DNA of 64,000 bases from a virus, in IMG/VR virus record IMGVR_UViG_3300045988_134806, positions 535 to 64,534 of that record, one strand, 5' to 3'. Below, piece by piece: positions 32,587-41,164 of the stretch. The notes under the pieces were generated by a model, which was not told where the DNA came from, ran no database searches, and saw only the letters and a list, made by a program, of their open reading frames with translations. How positions within the stretch are numbered: position 1 is the stretch's first letter; each line of letters starts with the position of its first letter. The translations under genes were made by a program, and so were the position numbers.

Positions 32587-35340
32587 CTATTTTGCTTCTC
32601 CGTATGACTTTCCGATACCACCTTCACAATCCACTGGGAGATCAGGCGCCCAAGCGGGACGAACTCTCATCATCTCTTCCATCATTGCCTTGGTTTCCTC
32701 AGCTTCTTCTTCAGGTACGACTACTACGACTTCGTCGTGTACGGTAAGTACAACTTGTCGGATCTTGCCATTGGAGTTTCCTCCTTTCTCCTTGAGCTTC
32801 TGGGCTATCCGGCCCATCTGCCAAAAGACCACTTCTCTCGCTAATGCTTGGATGATGTTCTCGCAGTTATGGACGATTAACGGCTTCCCGTCTGATCCTT
32901 GGACGACGTACCTGTGTCGGCGTCCGCAGTTTGTAATGTCGAAAACCTCCGACTCAAATCCGGTGGGTCTGCCAAGTGCTCTAAGGGCACTCCGTTCTTG
33001 ATCCTGTAGTGAACTGTTGTTACTCCCAAGCCATGCTTTCTGGCAAACTCCGCTATTGTCAGGTCGCCGATCCTTACATTGTTGCGTTTGTTGTTTGCCT
33101 GTTTCCGCATCGTAATCCAACGACAATTCGATGGCTCGTAGTTCCCATTCACGTCTATACGGTCCAGCGAAAGCCCAGCCTTGTAAGTCGGACCCATATC
33201 CGCATAGAAGTTCTCGAACTTTTCCAGCCACCTTTCGCAGACCTTGATCCCACGTCCTCCGTAGTTTTTCCAAGCCTGAGCATTGGGGTCCGTACATCTT
33301 TGCTTCATTGAGTGCCAGACATTCCATATTGGCGTTGCTGCCATGCCATGCCTTGTTAAGGCCTTGGAAAAATGCTCTCTGTGTTTGCATCCACAGCTTG
33401 GAAGGTAGCCGGCTCTTACTTGACTCTTTAGCTCGTGTGAATCCCTTAATACCTCTTTCCCACATTCGCATCTGTATTTCCAGTAGCTGTGATGCTTTCT
33501 GATGTGAGAGAAGCTCAAAGCCGTTAGGTAACCGAACTTCTGCCCGGTCAAATCTTTCCGCGGTTTCCCCGGTGCGCCAGCCGTCATTTGTTAGCACCTT
33601 ATGATCCTTTGTCATTGAAACTCCGAATACTTCAATGACTTGTTTTTTTCCGTTAAAAGCAACTCCGGTGTGCTTAACCCATTCAACACCGTCCCATACC
33701 TTGTCAGTGAGTTCAACATCCTGAATAGGAATCCATCCTCTGGAAGTTAGGACGGGTGTGTCCTTTGCTATGCAAAGCTTTCCGCCGTAGATCTTTGTCC
33801 TAAAGTTCTTCCTCCTATAAGAGTAGCCTTTCTCTTCTTTGTCGTTAGCTTCTGCGCGGTAGCGAAGCTCAGGGTAGAGCAGATAAGTACCGTTAGGAAG
33901 CCAAATCTTTCCGGGCTCGTACTTGAGCTTGACGCCTTCTCCAAACTCGCCGCTGTAGCCTGCAACCATATTGGAAAGAACGTCACTACATGTCTGCCAC
34001 ATGGACTTAATGGCATAATTTGAGCTCCTATAGATGTCAACAATTCGTTGGCATTCTGCATCACTCATTATAACGTTTCCGTTCTTCAATGCAGATTGAA
34101 GTTTTCTCCAACCCACCTGATAACCTAATCCAAGCGTAGCGGTTTTTCCGACGAATCTTTCAAGCTTATCAGCCTTCGTAATTTTCCGTCCGTAGATCTT
34201 AGAAGCCAGTTCGCAATACACATCGTTCCCTTCGGCAAAATGCTTAACTAGGTCTAATTGACCGCTAAACCAAGCATTAACCCTCCCTTCAATGTTGCTC
34301 GAGTCGCAGGCGCAGATCATGTGCTTAGGCGGAGCAATCAGCGACTTCCTTATTTCTCCTCCGCGGGGGAGATTTTGAAGATTTAATTTGTCACCCCCTG
34401 AAGCTCTTCCTGTTGACCCTCCCCAATAATTAAGTAGTATAGGTAAGGGTCCCCGATTAGCCACCCCTATGAGACTTTCCGTTCTTGTCTCTTCAATCGT
34501 GCTCTTAGTCCCGAGGCGTGCTGCTGCCACGGCCTGCACACGTTCGTCCGGGTGCTCCAAGAGTTCCTTAAAGCCGTCGTCCGTCTTAGCAAACGCAAAC
34601 GTTTCCTTACCAGTAGTAGGGCTCACCTTCATGGGAGGCGTAACTCCAAGGCTTTTCAGAACCTCAGCGAAGAGGTTGTTGCTCATCAGCTGATCCTTCG
34701 TGAAAGGGATTCGGGAGAGAAGCTCTTGTTTCTTCGCTCTTACGTCAGCTAGGTGGGCTTCGAGCCTCGGCTTGTCCAAGACGATCTTTGGCTCCGTGAA
34801 CATCCGCAGCATCATGTCGATGATGACAAGCTCGCCTTTGGTCGTGTATGGGAGCAGTTTCTTAAAGAGGTGGTACGTAAGGTTCACGTCCTGCCTGCAA
34901 TAAACACCGAAGGCATCGAGCTCCGACCTCGTGAAGTCTTTCTTGCGTTTGCCCAGCGTGTTGTAGATCTCCGTGCCTTTCTCGCCCAAGCCGAACAGCT
35001 TGGAAAGCGCTCGCAACGAACTTCCCACTGTAAGCCCAGTGAGAGGGCGGGCCATGCTCAATGTGTCGAGCAGAAACTTCGGATGGATGTCGTAGATCCA
35101 CGAAAGAATCGCGCCATCAAATGCAGTGTTGTGGCAGAGGACTTGGTGATCCTCCAAGTGAAGAGCCTTAAGCTCTTCGCCTATGTTCTCCGTGATCCAT
35201 CTGATGCCTCCTGAATCAATCTTCACCGAGACACCGATTACCTCAAATCTGGGATCTCTTATGTAGGATTCTGTGGTCATCTTTGAAAGACTAAAGTCTT
35301 TGCTATAGAAAGTCTCAAAGTCCAAAACGACTAGCGACAT
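32587..35340 (-). CDS. family A DNA polymerase with 3'-5' exonuclease domain, interrupted by an intein
   Basis: Exo motifs VLDFETF, HNTAFDGAIL, YCRQDV. Pol motif A ICACDSSNIEGRV, motif B RFVGKTATLGLGYQVG, motif C VLTVHDEVVV. A 303-aa Hint-type insertion sits between YGGKL and CENIIQALARE. Confidence 0.92.
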   Translation of the reverse strand: MSLVVLDFETFYSKDFSLSKMTTESYIRDPRFEVIGVSVKIDSGGIRWITENIGEELKALHLEDHQVLCHNTAFDGAILSWIYDIHPKFLLDTLSMARPLTGLTVGSSLRALSKLFGLGEKGTEIYNTLGKRKKDFTRSELDAFGVYCRQDVNLTYHLFKKLLPYTTKGELVIIDMMLRMFTEPKIVLDKPRLEAHLADVRAKKQELLSRIPFTKDQLMSNNLFAEVLKSLGVTPPMKVSPTTGKETFAFAKTDDGFKELLEHPDERVQAVAAARLGTKSTIEETRTESLIGVANRGPLPILLNYWGGSTGRASGGDKLNLQNLPRGGEIRKSLIAPPKHMICACDSSNIEGRVNAWFSGQLDLVKHFAEGNDVYCELASKIYGRKITKADKLERFVGKTATLGLGYQVGWRKLQSALKNGNVIMSDAECQRIVDIYRSSNYAIKSMWQTCSDVLSNMVAGYSGEFGEGVKLKYEPGKIWLPNGTYLLYPELRYRAEANDKEEKGYSYRRKNFRTKIYGGKLCIAKDTPVLTSRGWIPIQDVELTDKVWDGVEWVKHTGVAFNGKKQVIEVFGVSMTKDHKVLTNDGWRTGETAERFDRAEVRLPNGFELLSHQKASQLLEIQMRMWERGIKGFTRAKESSKSRLPSKLWMQTQRAFFQGLNKAWHGSNANMECLALNEAKMYGPQCSGLEKLRRTWDQGLRKVAGKVRELLCGYGSDLQGWAFAGPYRREWELRAIELSLDYDAETGKQQTQQCKDRRPDNSGVCQKAWLGSNNSSLQDQERSALRALGRPTGFESEVFDITNCGRRHRYVVQGSDGKPLIVHNCENIIQALAREVVFWQMGRIAQKLKEKGGNSNGKIRQVVLTVHDEVVVVVPEEEAEETKAMMEEMMRVRPAWAPDLPVDCEGGIGKSYGEAK
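32866..33774 (-). mobile_element. intein in the DNA polymerase (residues C523-N825)
   Basis: Block A CIAKDTPVLTSRGWIPIQDV, block B MTKDHKVLTNDGW, blocks F/G EVFDITNCGRRHRYVVQG...PLIVHN followed by a +1 Cys. The central ~190 aa in this frame have no endonuclease motifs. Confidence 0.85.
32877..33587 (-). CDS. homing-endonuclease-like protein encoded out of frame inside the polymerase intein
   Basis: 236-aa ORF on the same strand, shifted one frame relative to the polymerase. AAGGTG lies 7 nt before its ATG. IWNVWHSMKQRCTDPNAQAWKNYGGRGIKVCERW...SLDRIDVNGNYEPSNCRWITMRKQANNK is homologous to ORF 30010-30735. Confidence 0.75.
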   Translation of the reverse strand: MTAGAPGKPRKDLTGQKFGYLTALSFSHIRKHHSYWKYRCECGKEVLRDSHELKSQVRAGYLPSCGCKHREHFSKALTRHGMAATPIWNVWHSMKQRCTDPNAQAWKNYGGRGIKVCERWLEKFENFYADMGPTYKAGLSLDRIDVNGNYEPSNCRWITMRKQANNKRNNVRIGDLTIAEFARKHGLGVTTVHYRIKNGVPLEHLADPPDLSRRFSTLQTADADTGTSSKDQTGSR

Positions 35341-35350
35341 TTTTCCTCCT

Positions 35351-35722
35351 TTAGTAATCTATTCCTTGTAGTTTCTGAATTGTTTTTAAAACTTCGTAGT
35401 TGGGAATCTCTTCCGGCCATTCGTCTCTGAGTCTGTAATCAGCCATGCGCTCTACCCACTTGGTAGCTTCGTCAAAGTCTTCAAACACCTTGTAGAGCCC
35501 CATAGAAATAGACCAAGCAATACAGCGGCAATCGTCGTCCGCATAGGCCCGATAAACCTCTCCTAAGTCATGCTCGTCTTGTAAGCTATTCTCAAGAGCT
35601 CTTATCACCAAGACATCTGCCCAACGATTAAGCTCAAAACCAAAGGCTTCTTCTAAGTAGTCGAGAGTGCCGACGTTGTACTTATCACACGTCCACTCAG
35701 CATCTTTGATCGTGTAGCTCAC
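35351..35722 (-). CDS. hypothetical acidic protein
   Basis: Likely GTG start at 35722 in a GTGA overlap with the upstream stop. The 123-aa product begins (M)SYTIKDAEWTCDKY. The track ORF start at 35935 overlaps the upstream gene extensively. Confidence 0.5.
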   Translation of the reverse strand: MSYTIKDAEWTCDKYNVGTLDYLEEAFGFELNRWADVLVIRALENSLQDEHDLGEVYRAYADDDCRCIAWSISMGLYKVFEDFDEATKWVERMADYRLRDEWPEEIPNYEVLKTIQKLQGIDY

Positions 35723-36063
35723 TTCATCAACTCCATCCGAATCACTGTTCGATAAGCATTCAAAAGAGGCTCTAAATTCGTTCTGGTGAGCTTCCCTTCC
35801 TTTGGAATGAACTGCTTGAAAAAGTCTCGGTACCGATCCCGATCCTCCTTCCCGGTGATGCGGGGCATATAGAGCAGAGTGATTTCTCTGCACCGCCCGT
35901 AGGCAATCACCTCTATGAACTCCTGTGTAGCCCACTTAAGCCGTGGACGGAGCGTTGCCTTAACATGCTTTGGAGTAAAGTGCCAGAAGGCTCCGTCTTC
36001 TTCCAGCACCGGCGCAAACTCCTGCTGAAACCATTCCTTATCAGTTGGAACTATGGTAATCAT
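35719..36063 (-). CDS. hypothetical protein
   Basis: 114-aa ORF overlapping the upstream gene by 23 nt. No motif recognised. Confidence 0.55.
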   Translation of the reverse strand: MITIVPTDKEWFQQEFAPVLEEDGAFWHFTPKHVKATLRPRLKWATQEFIEVIAYGRCREITLLYMPRITGKEDRDRYRDFFKQFIPKEGKLTRTNLEPLLNAYRTVIRMELMK

Positions 36064-36313
36064 TTAAGCACTCCCGAGTTTCTTCAAGCTTCTTCAGTGT
36101 GTTTCCCAAAAAGATGGAAGCATTTTGCCAATAGCCTTCTTCGACCATGTCGGCGTACTTTGACCAAGCCCAAGCGATGATCGCGTCAACATCGAACTGC
36201 GTGTCTTCGACCACCGGGTTGTTTGCCAAATGCTTAGACGCGTAATACTCAAGCTCCATGGCGGAAAGTTCTTCCATTGTGTATGTGTGTCCGTTGATAG
36301 AAATTTTGCTCAT
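36041..36313 (-). CDS. hypothetical protein
   Basis: 90-aa ORF. No motif recognised. Confidence 0.55.
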   Translation of the reverse strand: MSKISINGHTYTMEELSAMELEYYASKHLANNPVVEDTQFDVDAIIAWAWSKYADMVEEGYWQNASIFLGNTLKKLEETRECLNDYHSSN

Positions 36314-36324
36314 TTGTTTCTCCT

Positions 36325-36885
36325 TTATTTGCCCAGTCTTTCCAATATGCGGAAGTACTCGGCTACTTCCTTAAGCGTCATTCTTTCTCCCTTGATGACT
36401 GATTTACCAAGGGCATCTGCTGCATAGACCTTACCTGTGTGTTGTAGGTAGCCTGAGTAATAGCGGCTTCCAATTCGGTAATTGAAAAAGGCTTTGTTGT
36501 TGTAGACACAGGGTTCCCAATACTTAGACGGATCAGACGGGATTTCTGCGTAAACAGTGTGCCTGAAGAAGTTCTCAAGGACGAGATCTATCGCTTCTTG
36601 CAGGGTCCCGCATATCTTGGTGAAGCTCCTGTTTGGACTGTACTTGCTGAACAACGTTGTCGCACTAATCCAATCATCTCGTGTAGAACTGTGGAAGCAA
36701 GTAATTAACCCGTGCTTGTCGTCATAAATCCGACGCAGCTTCCGCTCCTTTAAAAGCCATCCGAGATGCCAAAGTTCGTACCGATCATAGATCGGAGATG
36801 ACAACTTCTGAATAAAAACACCGCTCTGCATAGCACCATCGACTAACCCCGGCAGCTCATCTTCAAAAACGCCTAAATATTTCAT
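36325..36885 (-). CDS. hypothetical protein
   Basis: 186-aa ORF with a 4-nt overlap to the upstream gene. No motif recognised. Confidence 0.6.
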   Translation of the reverse strand: MKYLGVFEDELPGLVDGAMQSGVFIQKLSSPIYDRYELWHLGWLLKERKLRRIYDDKHGLITCFHSSTRDDWISATTLFSKYSPNRSFTKICGTLQEAIDLVLENFFRHTVYAEIPSDPSKYWEPCVYNNKAFFNYRIGSRYYSGYLQHTGKVYAADALGKSVIKGERMTLKEVAEYFRILERLGK

Positions 36886-37154
36886 TCAATCTCTCCGTTA
36901 AGCATTGCCATCGTCGTACGGTAGGCGAAGTAGTCGTTCCAGTTCCTTACGTTGTATTTCCAAAGCTTTTCAGTGATGCACTGGGGCTCCCAGTCGCGGC
37001 TGGTTGTGGTATCAAATTCAACTTCCACCCAACGTTTGTTGTCCAACTCATACAATTCATCCCAGCTCATATCTTCCAGAACATCTTCGGCACAACTCTC
37101 TGTAAGGTGTGAATATTTGTCATACTCATCAAACTCGACTTTCGGTTTCATCAT
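36882..37154 (-). CDS. small protein, paralogue family A (NW[NDH][DE][YF] C-terminal motif)
   Basis: C-terminus NWNDYFAYRTTMAMLNGEIE. One of four tandem genes sharing this motif. Confidence 0.6.
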   Translation of the reverse strand: MMKPKVEFDEYDKYSHLTESCAEDVLEDMSWDELYELDNKRWVEVEFDTTTSRDWEPQCITEKLWKYNVRNWNDYFAYRTTMAMLNGEIE

Positions 37155-37453
37155 CCCCCCAATCGTTTAATTGTTAAGAGTTCCCAGAGGTAGTCATTCC
37201 AATTCAACATGTAGTCACTGCGAACAGACAGAAGGACCGGTTTTATTACATACGGCCCCATGTGCAGCGCGCCTTGCATTGGATCAGGGTCAAAATTCAT
37301 ATACCCGGTTTCCAAAGCATCTGAAATCTTGTCCGGCAAAGCATGTGTTAAGAAATTTTCTATCTCCTTGATAGTCGTTCCTTTTCTATTACCGAAAATA
37401 CTGTCGATTGCTTCACACTGATGAACAAAAATCGATTCCCATATAGGTTTCAT
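37151..37453 (-). CDS. small protein, paralogue family A
   Basis: C-terminus NWNDYLWELLTIKRLGG. ATGA coupling on both sides. Confidence 0.6.
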   Translation of the reverse strand: MKPIWESIFVHQCEAIDSIFGNRKGTTIKEIENFLTHALPDKISDALETGYMNFDPDPMQGALHMGPYVIKPVLLSVRSDYMLNWNDYLWELLTIKRLGG

Positions 37454-37755
37454 GCTGTTTTCTCCAACAAGAACATCGTTTTGCGGTACATGTAGTATTC
37501 ATGCCAGTTGAGAATGCTGCCTCTATCGACATCGAACCTGTCAATGTGTCCTGTGAAAGGCCCTGCATCTATCAACCAATCACTGAACCCAAAGGAAACC
37601 GAGCCGGTCTGATCCAACTCGTCCAAATCTTCCTCGTAGTAAGCGTGGTCAAGAATATTTGACGCTCTCTCTAAAGCTTCTCCTTCTTCCCAACCATAAG
37701 ACTTATCCGCTTTTGCGCACCGTTTCTTGAAATCTTCAGACCATTCAATCTTCAT
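37450..37755 (-). CDS. small protein, paralogue family A
   Basis: C-terminus NWHEYYMYRKTMFLLEKTA. N-terminus W..DF.KRCAKADKSYGW parallels the next copy. Confidence 0.6.
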   Translation of the reverse strand: MKIEWSEDFKKRCAKADKSYGWEEGEALERASNILDHAYYEEDLDELDQTGSVSFGFSDWLIDAGPFTGHIDRFDVDRGSILNWHEYYMYRKTMFLLEKTA

Positions 37756-38065
37756 CGCATTCTCCCAGCAAGAACATCGTCAGCCGCGTAGAAATGAACT
37801 CATCCCAGTTGGTCATATCATCTCTGTAGATTGTTATTGCATTGATGCTCGCCTTGTAAGCAGTACCAAGATCTATGTATTCCTCGTCATCTAGGGTAAG
37901 GTAGAGGAAGTCGTTTCTCATCCCTTCCTCCAACTCGCTTCGGTTGGCTTTCTCGACAGCACTTATGAGATCATCAACTACAATCCCTTCGCCCCAGCCC
38001 ATGAACTTTTCAAAGGCGGCGCATTTTTCCAAGAACTCGAGTGTCCATTTAGGCGCGTTCTTCAT
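37745..38065 (-). CDS. small protein, paralogue family A
   Basis: C-terminus NWDEFISTRLTMFLLGECDED. N-terminus WTLEFLEKCAAFEKFMGW. Confidence 0.6.
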   Translation of the reverse strand: MKNAPKWTLEFLEKCAAFEKFMGWGEGIVVDDLISAVEKANRSELEEGMRNDFLYLTLDDEEYIDLGTAYKASINAITIYRDDMTNWDEFISTRLTMFLLGECDED

Positions 38066-39244
38066 TTATTCCTCCATGTCGATCTTCACGACTTCACCGC
38101 AGGGCGGAGTTTCATCCGACTCAGTAATCGCCCAAACGAGAGAGCAGGGCGTCTCTTGCGGGAAGGGTGTCCAGCCGTCTGTCAAAATGCAGCAAACGTC
38201 GCACTCAACGTTGTTGTCTTCGATCCACTGAGTAATCGCTCTCATGTCGGTACCACCGCCGCCATAGGCGTGAAGTTCAACGGGGTATGTCTCCTGCGTG
38301 AACTCTTCGACCTTGGCAACCGCTGAATCGCAGTAAACGACAATCACTTTCTCCGGTCGGCACTGTTCGATGATGGCATTTAGATGACCGCCAAAATACT
38401 GCAACTCACGAGGTCCGATGGAGCCCGAGGTATCCACGCCGATCACAACCGTTCCCATCGAAGGTTCCTTAGCATTGATCGGAAGGTAGATGTCCATGGA
38501 TGTAAAGCGTCGGTTCGGTCTCTCCCAGCTTTGATTCTGCTTGGTAAAGCCTGAGAAGTATTTCTCAAGAACTTCGTACCACTTCATCTTGGTGGTGAGA
38601 AGGTCGTTGACCATTCTTTCCAAGGCGCCTGATGCTCTGCCTCTTTCGCGGCAAACTCTTGCGGCGTCCGCCACATCAAGTTTTACTTGGAGCTCAATCT
38701 GCTTGGCTTCAGCTTCAGACATGGCGCCTCCTTCGTCCAAGAGGTCGTTGTTCAGCGGGTCTTTAGAAGGATCAGAGTTTCCGCTTCCGTCTCCGTCGTC
38801 TGTATCGCCGTTGCCTTTACCTTGCCCTTTGCCTTTTTGCTTCTGGGCTCGTTCAAGAAGCTCGTTATAAATCTCCTCTGTAGTCTTATCTTCCGAGCCT
38901 TCCTTAAAGAGCGCGCCTTTAGGCATAGAGCCAACGCCGCTGGAACACAAAAAAGAATTGATGTAGAAGTCGCCTGCCATATTCCAAAGTTGAGGGTCTC
39001 TGCTCTGCTGCCGAAGGGCATGCATGCACACCATGTGCATAACCTCGTGACACATAACAAACATCAGTTCGCGACGTTCGAGTGTCTCAACCCACCGAGG
39101 GTTGTAGTAGATGTTGCCTCCCTTATCCACCGCCATCGTAGGAATGTCCTCACGGGCTTTCAGCGGGCGCTTCATCAACAGACTTGCAAAAAACGGCTGG
39201 TCAAATGCCAGCTCGGCCTTGGCGGCCATGATCTTATCGCTCAT
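38066..39244 (-). CDS. VWA-like protein with N-terminal putative metallopeptidase domain (DUF2201-type)
   Basis: FDQPFFASLLMKRPL...MAVDKGGNIYYNP...FVMCHEVMHMVCMHA...MAGDFYIN (HExxH) in the N-terminal half. The C-terminal half has VIGVDTSGSI (a MIDAS-like DxSGS). Typical partner of MoxR-type ATPases. Confidence 0.8.
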   Translation of the reverse strand: MSDKIMAAKAELAFDQPFFASLLMKRPLKAREDIPTMAVDKGGNIYYNPRWVETLERRELMFVMCHEVMHMVCMHALRQQSRDPQLWNMAGDFYINSFLCSSGVGSMPKGALFKEGSEDKTTEEIYNELLERAQKQKGKGQGKGNGDTDDGDGSGNSDPSKDPLNNDLLDEGGAMSEAEAKQIELQVKLDVADAARVCRERGRASGALERMVNDLLTTKMKWYEVLEKYFSGFTKQNQSWERPNRRFTSMDIYLPINAKEPSMGTVVIGVDTSGSIGPRELQYFGGHLNAIIEQCRPEKVIVVYCDSAVAKVEEFTQETYPVELHAYGGGGTDMRAITQWIEDNNVECDVCCILTDGWTPFPQETPCSLVWAITESDETPPCGEVVKIDMEE

Positions 39245-39507
39245 ACATCCTCCAAAAGTTTGTCCCATACACCTAAGCGAAGCATCGTTTCTATGTAGGA
39301 TTTCTTTGCTTCAAGTTTGCGGTAGTAGTTTTTCGGGAATCTCATCGTTACTGACGCATGCACAAAAAAGTTGTTTCTGATAATGAACTCGCTTCGCTTC
39401 GGAAAAACGATGATGTATCGGTCGTTTTTACTCCATAAGCTGACGTACAGCTTGTAGATGACTTGGCCTCGGTTTTTTATCCTCTTCCAAGGAAGTTCCG
39501 GTTTCAC
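39241..39507 (-). CDS. small protein, paralogue family B ([ED]T.[LI]RL C-terminal motif)
   Basis: C-terminus KSYIETMLRLGVWDKLLEDV. ATGA coupling to the VWA gene. Confidence 0.55.
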   Translation of the reverse strand: MKPELPWKRIKNRGQVIYKLYVSLWSKNDRYIIVFPKRSEFIIRNNFFVHASVTMRFPKNYYRKLEAKKSYIETMLRLGVWDKLLEDV

Positions 39508-39541
39508 ATATCCTCCAAGACACCTTCCACGGCTCCGATTT

Positions 39542-39784
39542 TCATATCACTCCCTTCAGTCTCAGCAGGGTTTCGACATACTTCTTCATCTCCTCTGAAG
39601 TCCTAACCTGCTCAGGAAAGTCCCGTGCATAAGGTTCTGTAGAACAATCGAAAATTCTGTAGGTCTGACGGGACGGCCAAAAAGCTGCCATACAACAATC
39701 TGCATCATCCTCCCTACGGAGCCAAAACTCATACCTCGGAGCCGTGCCAAATCTTCGGTATGCCCAGAAAAAGCGCTTCTTCAT
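39542..39784 (-). CDS. small protein, paralogue family B
   Basis: C-terminus KKYVETLLRLKGVI. Trp/Arg-rich N-terminal part. Confidence 0.55.
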   Translation of the reverse strand: MKKRFFWAYRRFGTAPRYEFWLRREDDADCCMAAFWPSRQTYRIFDCSTEPYARDFPEQVRTSEEMKKYVETLLRLKGVI

Positions 39785-39817
39785 AGTGTCTCCTGCGGGA
39801 CCCGAAGGCCCCCTCAG

Positions 39818-40840
39818 TTATGCCAAGAGCTTGGCGTTAGACACCGCCCAGTCAGTAAAGCCCGGGACGGAAATCAAGTCTTTGTACCGTTTGTAGCATC
39901 CTATCATTAGGATGGTTTGAAATTCGGGTGACAAGCGAGCGCCATAAGCAACGATATTCTTGGCTGTCTTCTTGTCGATGAGGCTTTCAACCGCACCTAA
40001 GAACGCATAGAGCACATCAGGCTTGGTGGGCACAGGGGCTTTCTTCGGGTCTTTCAAGACTTCCTGCGGGTCAGGCATCTCTTTGGCAACCTTAATGAAC
40101 GCTGCAAACTCAGTGGCTGCGCCTTCGCCGATGGCTCCCTTGGCGTGTTCATAGAACGTTGCTGCATCGAGCTCAGTCGGGATTCTGTTGACGTCTTCCC
40201 AGCTTCTGGGCGTGGGGTTCACGGCCACCTTCGGATCGAAGCTGGAGAGTAGAACAGGGCGGAACTTAATGAAGGAAGTCACGATAGGCTTGATGCCGTG
40301 GGAATAAGCCCAGTCCATCCAGTCCTCGACGTTGGACTCAAACTCCAAGGTTCTGACACGGTTTCCAAGTTTGGTGCTCAGGCGGTTAGCGCCTGACTTA
40401 TCTTCGACTCGGTTGCCCGTGGCGATAATGAACAACTGCTCAGAGAGTTTCATCTGACCTGCATAGCGGTCTAAAATTACTCGACAAAGCGGGTTCTGCA
40501 TTGCCATCCCTGCGTCAGACATTTCTTCCAAGATGAGGATAGAGGGGCCTTGGCCTGCACGGATCGCATAGAACTCCTGCGGGGGAAGCCACTCGGAATG
40601 CGTGCCATCTTCAGATTTAAACGGAACACCCATAATGTCAACCGGGTCACGCAGGGAAGGATTGAACTCAACCACTCTTTCATCAGGGATGTCGAACTTG
40701 GCCTGCAACTCTTTAGCAATCTCACGAGCACAGGCGGACTTGCCCCCGCCTGGCTGACCGGTGATGAAGGGAACTACCAAGTGACCGTTTTCTTGACTGA
40801 ATTGCAGAAGAACAGAAGATTTAAGAGTAGAAAATTTCAT
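39818..40840 (-). CDS. MoxR/AAA_5-type AAA+ ATPase
   Basis: Walker A FITGQPGGGKSA, Walker B SILILEEMSDA, sensor-1 IIATGN. About 340 aa, as for MoxR/CbbQ/CobS-like ATPases. Confidence 0.85.
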   Translation of the reverse strand: MKFSTLKSSVLLQFSQENGHLVVPFITGQPGGGKSACAREIAKELQAKFDIPDERVVEFNPSLRDPVDIMGVPFKSEDGTHSEWLPPQEFYAIRAGQGPSILILEEMSDAGMAMQNPLCRVILDRYAGQMKLSEQLFIIATGNRVEDKSGANRLSTKLGNRVRTLEFESNVEDWMDWAYSHGIKPIVTSFIKFRPVLLSSFDPKVAVNPTPRSWEDVNRIPTELDAATFYEHAKGAIGEGAATEFAAFIKVAKEMPDPQEVLKDPKKAPVPTKPDVLYAFLGAVESLIDKKTAKNIVAYGARLSPEFQTILMIGCYKRYKDLISVPGFTDWAVSNAKLLA

Positions 40841-40842
40841 AA

Positions 40843-41115
40843 TTAACCTCGCTTGTTAAGCCGAATAACCGTCTCAGACCAACGCTTTGCTTCGTTGAAG
40901 TCTGAGAAAATCCTGAATGCCGATACTGTTTTATCGGGGAACTCCCAGCACTCTTTGCCGATAGGTTTGTCCCCGAAGACGAAAGTAAAAGTAATCGGGT
41001 ATTGGTATGCAACATAAGCCGCCCTTTCAACACCCGACCAATAAACCTCCGCAGGATCGCATCCGTTTTTGTCTATGACAGGAATCCATGTCCTATCCTC
41101 ATAGAAAATTCCCAT
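40843..41115 (-). CDS. small protein, paralogue family B
   Basis: C-terminus AKRWSETVIRLNKRG. 2 nt from the ATPase start. Confidence 0.55.
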   Translation of the reverse strand: MGIFYEDRTWIPVIDKNGCDPAEVYWSGVERAAYVAYQYPITFTFVFGDKPIGKECWEFPDKTVSAFRIFSDFNEAKRWSETVIRLNKRG

Positions 41116-41164
41116 TGTGTTTAACTCATATCTTACTCTTACTTGAAACTAATTTATTACATTT

